Positions 1 through 12,300 of a stretch of 64,000 nucleotides of DNA are shown here, piece by piece. The notes beneath the pieces were generated by a model that saw only the letters and a program-made list of their open reading frames with translations, was not told where the DNA came from and did no database searches. Each line of letters opens with the position of its first letter. The first letter of the stretch is position 1. Origin of the DNA: Balanoglossus misakiensis (taxonomy: Eukaryota; Animalia; Hemichordata). The stretch spans positions 9,933,656-9,997,655 of the forward strand of contig CM082583.2 of assembly GCA_040954595.2 (NCBI GenBank), given 5' to 3'. Both the position numbers and the translations under genes were made by a program.

Positions 1-81
1 CAGCCTGTAACAAACATTGGGAGGAGCATGAGACAGTGTTTGAAACTGAAGATTACCGTCATATGAACGGTATACCTTATG
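1..81 (+). CDS. FAM221B: FAM221B-like protein, penultimate exon (5' partial)
   Basis: Translates ACNKHWEEHETVFETEDYRHMNGIPY(G), resembling the FAM221 C-x-x-x-WEEHET motif. GTGAGT donor at 82. Confidence 0.7.
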
Positions 82-194
82 GTGAGTGAGAGACCAGAGA
101 ATTTAATTACCTGACAGCATGTTTGATTTGGAGGCATCACGTTTATCACACGCCTCAGCGGCTCATAGATTCATCTCTCTAAACACATTTTCAG

Positions 195-388
195 GGGAGG
201 ACTACCTGCCATTTGCCGAGATGCCGGAAATGCGCAACATGGCACTGACGGGCCAGGATGACAATCCGGGAATCTACCGAGCGCTCATGGAAGGCGAGGG
301 CAACATTCCGCGGAACAGAGCCATAACACAGGACACGCCATACCGCCCTCCCAAGTCTGGATCCAACTTCAAACCGGTTTACGACTGA
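195..388 (+). CDS. FAM221B: FAM221B-like protein, last coding exon
   Basis: TTTTCAG acceptor ending at 194. Continues in phase as GEDYLPFAEMPEMRNMALTG...PVYD*. Confidence 0.7.
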
Positions 389-839
389 TGCGCTGTGGCA
401 CCCCCTGATGGTCAAGCATCGGTAGTGCCATCCCTTCATCAGAGGCTTATATCGTACATTTACAAGCTCTCCACTCATGCACTCACACATGTACATTGTA
501 TTTTCACTGTTTGCACATTTACACAGCTTTTAATGCCCACATTCTTAGTATAACTTGCAAATGGGTGCAATCTTTCACAAGCCACGCTGAGTTTTTAACT
601 TTATTATCTTTCCATTGTTTTGAGATGGATAAGCAAGGCTAATATAGTGAAACAGATAGTGACAACCACAGTAAAAGACAGTGAGTGGAACAGTTATCCG
701 TCCAAAAGCGCTAGCGTTATTTACAAAACTTGTTTTTGAAGTTCAGGCAGTGTTCAACATAACATGGTTTTTATGCAGTGTTTATAGATCGGCAGTGTTC
801 AACATCCCCCCGCCCCCTGTCGGTTCAGTGCTGATTGAG

Positions 840-1029
840 TTACTGGCTAATGTACACAAATGTAACCATCAGAGCAATACGAGCAATGTTGTGACCAACT
901 GTGATGAGAAAGAGTCCAAGGGTACGACCTTCAAAGGCATAGTGAGGCGCCTCAAGGGCAGCATCAAGTGCAGTGACACCACACGTCACCATGGCGATTG
1001 TCTTCAAGGCACTGCCAAAATCGACGTAG
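840..1029 (-). CDS. DUF1761-like membrane protein A, last coding exon
   Basis: TTTTCTACAG acceptor. Phase-2 join gives FYVDFGSALKTIAMVTCGVTALDAALEAPHYAFEGRTLGLFLITVGHNIARIALMVTFVYISQ*, which aligns with paralog B. Confidence 0.8.
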
Positions 1030-1257
1030 CTGTAGAAAATATGATACAGTTAGTCTTCTGTTGGCTGGAGTCAATGTCAAGTTGAAACTTGATCACTTAA
1101 TAGTGTCTCATGTAACTTAAAAATAATGTACTGTTTTACCAGAAGTTGATATTTAAAAAGTCACCCTACTTTTTTCAAATATTTCAAATTTCTTTTCTGC
1201 ATCTACCCACATATACATGTAATGTACCCGTTGTAATGCGCAGATTAAAATACTTAC

Positions 1258-1457
1258 AACAATGCCAAATCAGCAATGACTGCAAGAGCCAAATCTGAGA
1301 GCATTGCAATCGCGTAAGGTAGTGAACTTCGCGTCAGGTCTTCGTGAGTTTTGCCAACACATTTTAACCAGCGATTGGCAAAAAGTATTGGTGAATACCA
1401 AAGGGCACCAACAACCTGGCTGAATATTGTTGCAAGGATGATTGTTACCAGTGACAT
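1258..1457 (-). CDS. DUF1761-like membrane protein A, main first coding exon (129 aa with exon 840-1029)
   Basis: MSLVTIILATIFSQVVGALWYSPILFANRW carries the G-x-x-WYSP-x-x-F-x-x-x-W motif. GTAAGT donor at 1257. Confidence 0.8.
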
Positions 1458-1930
1458 GCTTGTCGTCTTCCTGCAAATGGTGAAAATTAGAGTTAATTAC
1501 AGCATACTGAAGTGGAAATCGATCATACTCCAACTTTCCGAAGTAATGTATGCGTAGAAGTACGCCCTCGGTGGCGACAAATGTCATTTACGTCGAAGGT
1601 GACTTCTTACACTTTTCTAAAAACGATATTGCTGTATTTAAAACTCAACATATTAAGAATTGTGCACACCCTTGGTTATATTAAGGTCGTTTTCACTTGG
1701 TTGACAGATAAGTTTGAAGTTTTTATGGCTTACTACATCACTGAAGCCTAGTGCGTTTGTCATACATAGTGCTACTGCCATGCCTGTGGTCGTATATACA
1801 CGTACACAAACAGAAGACCCGAAAAAAAATAATCAGTGGTGTTTGAGCATCAAGGTTATTTTCAGGCAATTGTGGCCTGTCATAAGCAGTGTTGAATGTT
1901 AGTAGCTGCTTCCAAAGAGCCACACAGTAC

Positions 1931-2088
1931 CCATCGCTTTTCCTTTTTGGCATGGGCACTTGAAGTTGACCTAGTAATTGGCCAAAGTGCAATGGCACGT
2001 GATAGTGATACAGTTCCCAGTCCCTGACTGACCCAGTTCTGAGCGACCTGTACAGCACGGAAGCCAGTATCGTCAGTCTTATACGAAC
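1931..2088 (-). other. Candidate upstream exon of DUF1761-like A (5'UTR or N-terminal extension)
   Basis: TTTTTGCAG acceptor and GTACTG donor. Splicing to 1470 places an ATG (MPKRKSDGKTTS-) in frame with MSLV. Confidence 0.4.
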
Positions 2089-2843
2089 CTGCAAAAATCT
2101 TGAAGTGTTTTATAGGGCAGATTTCTAGACGGTGCTGGCCCCAACGTCTCTGCAAGCGTCGTTGAACGGTTGAGGAGTCAGTCAGTATGTCCCAATCTGC
2201 ATTATTGTTAGTGATGCGGTCATGTGTTTACAGTGCAGTGACCGCCCACTTTTAGGGCAACTTCCGATCTAGGGTGTGTCGCATATAAATTGCATGTATG
2301 ATCCCAATAACTTAATTAAACCTACCTGATATGGATTCTTAAACCTTAAAATGATAAAAACACAATACGATTTTGTGTTCATGATTGACTTGAGGTATAA
2401 TGCAATACAAATGACACATCATCTGTTATGAATATGTATTTTTCTTTATTGAACACAAACAAAAATAAGCATATTCCTCAAAATATCATCTCACATGTCC
2501 AATAGAATGTTTGCAACTAATGTCTGCTGAAAATGAATGCAATCAGATGATATTGTGTTTTTTAACATTAAGGCTTTTTTTAACTGATGACTGGTGTCAT
2601 AGCTAAAAACTATGGAAACTGTATGAAACAGAGAAAGAACAGCACAACCTACAATCAACATGGTTTGAATTTTTTTGAAAAAACCCATTAAGAACACTAA
2701 AATGACCAGTGAAAATACTGTGAATACAACTTTGATAAAAAAAATTCACCAATGAACAGAAACAAAGTTCATTTTCATCTTCTCAGATACAGAACATTTT
2801 TCTCTTCGCTGTCGATGGCACTTTGGTATCACTGAATATACAT

Positions 2844-3045
2844 TTATTCAAAACGTCCATCTAAATACATTAACAGAAGGGTCATAACTCCAATGCGAGC
2901 TGCATTGTACCCCAGATCGATGCTAACACAATAGCAATGTTTGTCTTCGTAAGCATTGCCTGGTGCGCTCAGTGTTGCAAAAAGCAAAGTGGCACCTCCT
3001 GTTACCATGGCAGCTGTTTTCCAGGCACTACCGATATCTATTTTC
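2844..3045 (-). CDS. DUF1761-like membrane protein B, last coding exon
   Basis: CAG acceptor. KIDIGSAWKTAAMVTGGATLLFATLSAPGNAYEDKHCYCVSIDLGYNAARIGVMTLLLMYLDGRFE*. Confidence 0.8.
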
Positions 3046-3281
3046 CTGCATCAGACAAAAGAATGAGCGATGAGTACAATGTAGTCTATTTCTTGTCTTT
3101 CTTGTTTATGCTTTAATAAGACACACATCAATATTCCAATATGAATATTAGTGGTGAAGAACAGGTCAAAGGTCACATCTGCATCAGCCATGATGACAAA
3201 GCCCATGAGTTCAGGTTAGATTATGGTGTTGCAACCCCTGAGGTCACACCAAGCTGAGACAACTGCACCGAAAATACTTAC

Positions 3282-3484
3282 GGCACTGCATGTTCCAGCA
3301 TACATGCCAATGTCAGATCTGAAGCCAGGCACACAAAGTGAGGTTTGACACCTAACTTCTTGACATCTTCGCTTCTCTTCCCAGAATACTCCATCCATGG
3401 TTTCTGAAATGCATACTGACTGTACCACAAACCCCCAACTGCATGCCCGGAGGCTGCTGCCATCAATACTGACAGAAGTGGCAT
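3282..3484 (-). CDS. DUF1761-like membrane protein B, first coding exon (134 aa total)
   Basis: MPLLSVLMAAASGHAVGGLWYSQYAFQKPW. Phase-2 GTAAGT donor at the position equivalent to paralog A. Confidence 0.8.
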
Positions 3485-4039
3485 GATGAATCTATGGCTT
3501 GTACCTAAAAGAACAAAAATAACTTTAATTTCTTTATTGTGCATTCAGATGTCTCAGGACTCACCCAAAAATGGCTGAAAGATTCTGCATCTTGACAAAT
3601 TATGGCCAATAGGTGTGGATGCCTTGGTCAACACATTGCCCTATTGGAAGGTGTTTTCGCTGCAAAGAGCCATCAATGATCAATGAAAAATTCACACATT
3701 GAATATTCAGGCCGATGACTGGTGAGGTCAAGGTTTCCAATAATAGCTTTTAAGTACCCTTGACCTACACCTTAACGGCTTCCAGATATCTCATTCATAA
3801 ATACAGACAAACCATGACCTCAGATTACCTTTGGTTAGTGAGTTGTGGTGATGACCCTCAAAGCGGTAATTCGATAATTTCAAACGTGCCTCTAGTTCTC
3901 CCTGGTTTTCAGTCGATGACCGTTGACCCGACCTCCAGTAAAACGATCCTCATTCACGATTTGTTGACCAACTACTCAGATAGCTTCCGGCGGTTGCCAC
4001 TTGAAAACAAAACTTGTCAGATCAAACGAAGCAGCAGAT

Positions 4040-4215
4040 GACGTGACGCAGACAACAACCCGCGTGGAAAATAATGTCACCGCCGAGGGCGCTCTTTCTC
4101 GATCTGCAGAGAGAAATTTCAGGCGTTCTTTGTATGCTAAACAACTTGTCAGTCACATCAACCAATCACAAGCTTCACAAAATGCACCTGGTGAATGACA
4201 CATTTTGATTGGTTA
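4040..4215. promoter_or_regulatory. Putative bidirectional promoter
   Basis: CpG-containing segment with opposed CCAAT/ATTGG boxes (~4162, ~4208) and a CTCF-like motif at 4075-4093. Lies between minus-strand UTR donors (3564, ~3828) and a plus-strand GTAAGT donor (4501). Confidence 0.35.
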
Positions 4216-5484
4216 GTTGTCGGACAGTTCATTTACCAGATGGTCAGTGAGGTTCCATTTCCATCATTCCATACTCAGTCTTTGACGTGAAAACACCATG
4301 GCTGAAAGTAGTGACGACAACGACCTATTCATTACCCTGAGAAATTTCAGAGAACCAAGTGGAAGTGGAGGTCATGACTGTGACGATATGGTCTCCAAGA
4401 CTTTGGTACCCTCATTTAAGATAATGTACATGGAAAGTGACCAGGCGAAAGGGTGTTTTTTTCTCGTGGCATGCAGCCTCCGCCGCTCAAGTCCTCTACA
4501 GTAAGTAGGCCTAACAGTTTTCTGTCATTTTTCTCGAAACATTTAAATTTAAAGTTATTCTATCCATTAGGAATTTTCGATAGTACGTCAGCAAGGTAAT
4601 TTTGGTACCCTCAGGCGAAACCGTGCGTGAGGTAGAAATGAAACCCCAACCAAAGGTCGAGCCCAGTGCATGCAGTGGTAACAGAGAAAGATGGCCGAAC
4701 CAGTTGACGCCAGCCATATCAATATTCCTTGTTAGATCACCTGCCCATCACGGCTTGAAGTATAGCGGCGTATATTTACTATACAAAGAACATAGGCCTA
4801 CCCATTAATAGATGTACATGTACATGTATGCTTACCTTTGAGAGTTAAAAGCGCTTGGTTACATACAATATTCATATCTCGCTGTTTTGCACGTAAATGT
4901 GGACATGGCATTCCATTAAACAATCAGCCGCCCCCTAATTAGATTACACCCCGGGTTATGATATTCGTGTAAATATCAATCGACTACAGAAGAAACGCTC
5001 AGAAAGGGCAGTGGGAATTATTCACCCCCGCGAGCAAATGCATATTTGATTAAAAAGCCGGCATGCTTCGAGTGGTCTATACTTAACGCGTAACACGGTT
5101 GTTTTCTTTCAGCTTACTTCGAAAAACATGTTATTGCTTTGATCATAGGAAACCTCGGTCATAAGTGTAGCCATATCGGAAAGTTTTGAAATATTTATGT
5201 GACGACAATGAACACTTAAATCCACAGCGATAGAGTCTGGGCGAGCTTAAGTGCGGGTAACTGAGCACGTCACCTATAACCTTGCCCGAGATTACACTTT
5301 TCCTTTGAAATGCGCGCCAGGGAATGTTTTTTTTGCTGGAGTAGATTTGATTCGTGTTTTTATGCACAGTACAATGTACTTATAATTTACCGTTTTTATG
5401 CTAAAATATTGAAAGTAGTCTCGGTATTTTGACTTGGCTATGCGCTTTTAACCCTAATATGGATAATCTTCTTTCTCATTTCAG

Positions 5485-6376
5485 TGTAGACACCCACTGT
5501 TCAAACCATAGCAAGACTCGAAGCATTTGCAACACGAGACAAGACAGTTCGCGACTCCACTGACAAAGGAAGAAGACCGATGATGCGATGGAGAATACGC
5601 AAGAGATGTGGATTTCTCTGTGCCTGCAATATTTGACAGTGCGCCAAGAGTGACTGATTCACAGAAATGAGGCCTCGTCGTGATGCTTCCTACCCAAAGC
5701 CAAAATGGACTCGCCAGAGCACTGGTCGTTTCCATGGCGATGGATCGCTACACAGGTGGCATGGACACAGCCGCAAAATAGATGGATTTATTTGGAGTCT
5801 AAACTAATACTCGTCGACGTAAACAAAGGCAGGACACTTGACACGCGGGAGACGGTGTTTACTGCTGCAGTGTCACATCGTCGTCGGGCCTCCGTTTCCT
5901 TGGCAATCATCCAGTTTTGACGGACTCGGAATTATCTGCAGTCTTCTCGCTGTGTTCGATTGTTGAAGTCCTCTAGAGAGAAAGGGAGAGAGGCGGCATT
6001 CGAATTTTTACTGATCTGAGTTGATTGTCTCTGATGTTTATACTCAGTCACAATACATATCAAACACCTGATTCATTTTTAGCGGACATGAACCATCCAT
6101 CCAGCTGCCTGTGATACAATCGGTACATACCACAAGAAACTGAGCAAATGCGAGTTTTTTTCTCTCGTTGTGCAACAACCAAGCCACTGGGAGTAAGTTA
6201 TGACACAACCACAATACAGACGAACCGTTGAGACAAGGCACGATATATCACGTCCTTTATCGATGTAAAGACCAACGAATCGCGTGCCACGGAAATATCG
6301 TTTTCATCATCGCCAGTATTAGCCGTGTTTGAAGCGCGGGAAGACAGCGAGTGTAATTTCCTACCAACATTTACAG
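5485..6376 (+). ncRNA. Candidate non-coding or 5'UTR exon
   Basis: Strong acceptor (CTTCTTTCTCATTTCAG) and donor (CAG|GTAAGA). No recognisable protein in any frame. Confidence 0.3.
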
Positions 6377-9300
6377 GTAAGACTGAGTTTCTATACATAC
6401 CTAGTACCCATTAATTGATAACACAGTGCATTGCATCATGTATATTTCACCGCGCGCTTTCAGTGAAACCTACATCACTTTATCCTCGAACATAGACCTG
6501 CGGCGCGCGCGTAGCAAGAGGTAATTTTCAGTAGACGCGGACATGTCGAGATCTATAGCTCAACATTTCATCAGTCATAAACTTTCAATGAATGTAAAAC
6601 ATCCTCTGTCATGGTTCCACTTTCAACGACAATCTGCAGTAACCTATCCCTCTCACACTCAAACTCGTGACGCTTGGCGATAAATTAACCCCAGAATTCA
6701 TCAAATTGGCGATATGTTCACACTGCATGTTATAGTACCAGGTCCAAACCACGATTAAAATATACCGCGACCATTTTCGGTGCACAATGAACTCGTTATT
6801 GGACACATACATCGTGATCCTTGCACACACAAAAAAGACACTTTGATCCGGTTATGCAGTGTCACACAAAACTGTGTTTTAATGACAGAAAGATTGAATG
6901 TGCCACCGAATTCTGTTAGCGAACAGCGCGCATTTCCGGCGCAATCCGTTCTTCTCCCGCGGTCGATTTTCGCCTCCTACGCGGACACGCTTCCTCCAAT
7001 CGCGTTGCCGATGATAAAGCTATGCCACACGTTTCGACTAAGGGCACTCGACTGTCACTCCACCATCTCGCAATCCAATGCACATGTTCGAATGGTTAAT
7101 TAAGAGGTCCGTGCCTGTCGCCATGGAGACAACTAAAAGATGTTTTCATCCGGGGTTTAAACCCCGACACACGGTGAGAAAAGAGCTCACAGCGGAGACG
7201 ACCATGTGAGAGTTAAATATCACGTATCGTGGATTACTGGTGGTACATGAGAAATTTATGCGAGTCGCAATAATGGATATTTTCAGTAAATGACTTCCCT
7301 ACCATGTTAGCTGACGGGGGTGTCGTGTTGTTTTAAACAACATCAGCGAAAATAACAGACGATTTGCAATACAAAACGCCATGATTGGATGAGTATAAAG
7401 ACAACTGGGTTGAATCTAAAGTGCCGCCAGTGAAATATTAAAAGCGTGGCGAGCACAGAATTGAAGAGACGCAATTCCCACTCAACGAAAATCCCTGTCC
7501 AGGGGAGAGAACACTGGCGAAATATCATTGCATAGGTCGTATTAGGCCCTGGCTTACCCCAATTCGGTGAATGTAAAATGCACCCATAAAACATGTGCTC
7601 ATGGCAGATGACTCAATCTTGAGCCAAACCACAGTGGTTTATCTCAATCAACTTTCTGAATAGACAGAGATTTTTTGAATATGTTCATTTCGGTTGTAAA
7701 CGAGTGTATAATGAATAGCTAAAATCGGCCTATACACAACGTGTACTGAAAGGCGCACTGTGCGCAACAAAGATAGAATATACGCATGCACGTGTAACAA
7801 AACGTATAGGCGAATACAGAACAGAATCGTGAGTACAAAAATGGAAACTGAACACCACTCTGCCTCCTAAAATCAAAGCTCGTTGAATATATCAGATATT
7901 CGTTCTCGAGTTATTCTAGGCGTCGGTTTCCATATTGCGGCGACTCACAAGAACACGGGGAAATATTACACCAATATTGCATTAAAAACGCTTGCAAGGT
8001 TCATTCCTTTCCCGTTTCCGCGGGATTCCAGAAACGTCTCGGAATGAAATCATGCATGGCGATTCAATAGACGAGAGGGAAATTTATGGCTTTCCTATAT
8101 GTCGCGATCGACTGGTGTGAAATTGAAAATTTGCCATCAAGTCTGCGCTGCATCAGATCAAATGAATGGCGAGACTATAGCTTCATATTTCGAGATATTC
8201 GTCAGGTAGACAACGGGAGTTGGTGATTATTTTATTATTGTATAGGAGGATTTTATTCGCACCACTAATTAATACACACCGAGACCTCATTTTTTGGGGG
8301 GAAAGGCGGGTGTAGTTCGTGACGTCTGCCTCACTATCCCCAAGGAAAAGCTAGGGAAAGACAGAATGACATTCAGATTGGAGTACATCTTCAATTCAAT
8401 GTTTAAGGTTCACGTGGTTAATTGTGTGTGTGCTGCACCCATTGGTCGCGTCGTGTCTGGCGTCCGCGCGTCTCATATCGCGCGCTCACGTCTGAAATTT
8501 CCGCTGATTCACAGCACAAACCCGACACAGACGGGCATTGAACAGCACGGCGGCATAAATAATATGGAAGACAGGCTAAACATAAGACGGCATATTATTG
8601 TTCCTGAAGGCATTGTGTTTTTGTACCTGAATGAGAGAACACTGAGTACCGGTGTATAATATTACACTGTCTCCTCTCTGTCCCTCGATATCCAACCTAC
8701 TTTCGGTCATTTTCATTAATGTCAGCCATATGCTGAAATGTTTCATTTTATCATCTATCTTGACGAAATCACCCGGGGATACAAACGAGCACAATATTAG
8801 GGAGATATCTGCATTCATCGATCTTCATAAAGATAACATAAAGTATGTGTGCGACCCGGTTGCATTGATGACATTTTTAATTTCTAGATTTCTCCCGAGA
8901 TATGCTGAAATGTCAGCCTCTGTATTTGGTTAATCACCTTCGTAAGTTGTTTTCCACAGCGACTTGCTTGTCAATAGAGACTGCGCAAAGGCTGTATTAT
9001 ATTTGTTTCTAATTTATGAAATATCAGCTGGCCTATTTATTTAACTCTTTTCTGATGTTTTAGTGAGGAATGTAGATCGTTTTTGAGTGAGAGGGGTTGT
9101 CAAAGCCCCGTTTAACCCAGTTGGATCAAAGTAACATATTCCGGGATAACGGTAGGAATACCATCGGACACATAGATAGGGAGAGAGAGAGATCCGTTGT
9201 GAGATTTCCGTTAAGATAAACATGCACACCTGTCATATATCTGCATCCCAGGAGATACATATTGCCGTAACGGTCCAATGTCAACACTTGCAGCTCTTAT

Positions 9301-12300
9301 AAAAGCGTAAAAAGTAAACCCCTCAAATGTTAGGAATCTGAGATTTTCTATATCGCCAGCTGATACCCACAGTAGCGTACATTAGGCATGTGCGCGCGCA
9401 AATAAACGTTATTTTGCAAATGTTTGCTTGTTATAGAAACGGCTGATGTACTTTTCCTGGAAATTCTCTGAGTCTTGCATACATCAACACAATTGAGATA
9501 GATGACAAAATATCACATGGTATTATTCTAACAGTTTATTAATTATTGTGTGCTCTTTTCTGATTAATTAGCTGTTGATGATATGCGTGATCTGTCACGA
9601 TAGGTTCGCCAATCACACTACAGTGGTGAGTCTGCTGGTGGTTCCAATTGGTTTCCGCTCGCTCAGTAGTTGACCATTGGTTGATCGCCTTGCCTATGGT
9701 TTGTCAGACACTCTTATGGTTATCAGATACTAGTAATCGATAGGGTTTAAGGTCTTCTTGTTGTTTCGTTCCTGGCACGGTTGCTAAATTGGTCTCAGGA
9801 CGACAGAGTTAAACGGCTGTTGGCGGCATTCTCGATTGATTGATCGCCGGCTGGCAGTTCAATTTGTGTATAATTGGAGTTTGTTTGTGCCTGTCCGGAT
9901 TCCATTCATCAGGCAATCTCAGCGTGAATTTGTGAATGTGTTGTGCAGTTACTGACAATATTATTAGTTGACGCAGTTCTCAAATCCGGGTGCTGTGGTT
10001 GGTTGATTGTTTGGTAGGTTGGTCACTCGTTGAAGTGATTGGCTGGTCAACATTGTTGGTCAGTTAACGGGCTGGTGTTTATGGACATTACATTACATTA
10101 CGTTACATTACAGTATAGCACAGTACAGGATACTTGTAGTATACTGGTAGTCTACCAAGGTCTCACTTCAGTTGATCACTCAGTAGGCCTAAAGTGCCAC
10201 GAGAAGGCACCATACAATCAGAATAGATCAGAGTTGGGATTAATTTGTGGCGAGGCGTCGAAATGATTGATGGCATCCCTCACTGGTGCATGCTCTGTTC
10301 ACGACCTCGATGACCCAGAAAATCGATTCATGCAAAATTACAGAGGAAAATTGACGGTTTCTTTTTACATAATTTTCGAGTCGATTTGCGCCACAATTGG
10401 CCGTCGAGAACATTGGGGAATTACGCCTACTCTGCTCGGGTATCAACAATATCCTACGCAAATTACATCGACTGGGGCAAACGGGGTCACAGAGAACCAC
10501 TTCAGCCTTTTGGAGAGTTTTTCAATGAAAAAGATGACCCGCTTGTAATTGGACGTTAAAATGTCAAATTCACAGTTCGAGTCACGCCAGCGAGGGTCTT
10601 ACGTCGATTGAGAGTGATTGATTTCGTGATACCAAGTTTAATTAGCATGGCTATGTGTTGCGCGAGCGATAAAATATGCATTAGAGTTTGTCTAGCGTCA
10701 ACGCGACAGCAGAAATGACACGTCAAGAGAGCCAAAGTTTCCCGTCTTGAAAGGTGAGCAGATGGGTTCATTTCCGCACGGCGGTTCTGTCTGTCGACCT
10801 CCATTACCCGCTGTATACCTGGCGAGAATGGAGATATGATCGCGATCGGCGCGTGCGATAGACGGCATCCCACGACAGACATAATTCCATTTAAGAAAGA
10901 GTGATGACGCAAGTCTTGGAGGCAATTTCTTAGGTCTGTACTAATGCCGCTCGTAAACCTAACAAAGAATAAACCGCCACAGTCCAGGTTTAACTTACTG
11001 ACGAGATTACACGAACTTAATACGGACAAACTTCACGCGTCACGAGAGTTAACCAACAAAATCAGCCGCCGTACATATATGACCATTCAGCATTTCTTTT
11101 ATAAGCCATTCAGCGCGAGCTAACTCTATGCAGTTGTTATTACTCTAGTCCCAACGAGTAATTGCCTTAAAGTAGCAAAAGAAGGCAAAAATACCAGAAG
11201 TATAGGTTTGTGTGATTTTTATCAGTCATTACAGTGCATAAATTCCCTTGGTGGCGGGCAACTTATAGTCCAAGAGCTTGCCCAGAGGCTATACATTTTA
11301 CCACGAAAGCGCAATTTTAGACTCGCATTCGACATCATGGTTTTTTAAAGCGATGTAAACGCCATCGAAAGTGACTTTAACCGAAAGTACTGCCAAGCGA
11401 GATCGTATTAACGTCACAAGTACAGTTTCCACGCGGTCCCCAAAGCAGGCTAATCCCGGATTAAACATGGCGAGTTTCAGGTGGCCGAGCTTACTCCGTG
11501 ATAAAGTGAGGGAAAAATTTATTTCGAGAAGGCAATTAGCGTGCCGTTCTCAGAAACGGTTCTCATAAAACGCACACTGTGACTACAGACACCCGATTCA
11601 AAGTTGTGTGCTGGAATTTGTTTTTGTGTAATGGAATGAATGACTGACACAGAAGTGACGTGCGGCTATCCTACGTTAATTCTCAACATGAAAAGTGTGA
11701 TCTTTCCAGTCTGATATAAGTTCTTATTGAGTACAAAAATGATACAAAACACAGCTATAGTACTTTTTAACATAATATTTTAACACCCTTCTTACATCTA
11801 TGTATTTTGAAGCCTCTTCGGCGCTGCTGCAGTAGTTGTACGATATACTGTAAAATGGGAAACATTTTGCGAAGGCCAAAAATGATTTTTTCTGTCCGCA
11901 TCTGTATAAAACGAGACCCATGGATATCTGGTATTGTGTGCAGAACATGTACATTTAAATCCCATAATTATGCCTTAGCTGTTAGCAAAAATATTAAGCA
12001 GCTCTATACGACAAATACCCCCAAAGTACATTTATTTGAGCCATATGACGTCATAATGCTGTATTCAGACACATTTGGTTGCACATGTTAGCCAGCGGCA
12101 GGTATTACTACATTTACAAGCCTGGAATCTAGTTTACAGAGATTTTGGAAAATCCATAGCGGCGCGCGTTTGGAGTAGACGGGTTGGATAAGTATGTCTA
12201 TACAGTTCTGGTCTTGTGTAGTAGTAATTCTCGGGGTTATTTTCTTCAGAAGCGGTTCGTTTCTCCCGGTCTAATTGCTTCTTATTGTGAAGGTAGCGAA

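Noticed and set aside
681-1085. 134-aa + strand ORF
   Set aside because: Antisense shadow of the DUF1761-like A last exon.
4298-4504. ORF MAESSDDNDLFITL... as a protein-coding first exon
   Set aside because: No recognisable domain, and splicing to 5485 terminates after about 26 more codons. Kept only as a possible non-coding exon.
9540-10120. Degenerate TTGG/GTTG-rich tract as a structured array
   Set aside because: No constant repeat unit or spacer pattern. Looks like decayed simple repeat. No CRISPR, rRNA or intact tRNA gene was seen anywhere in the window.
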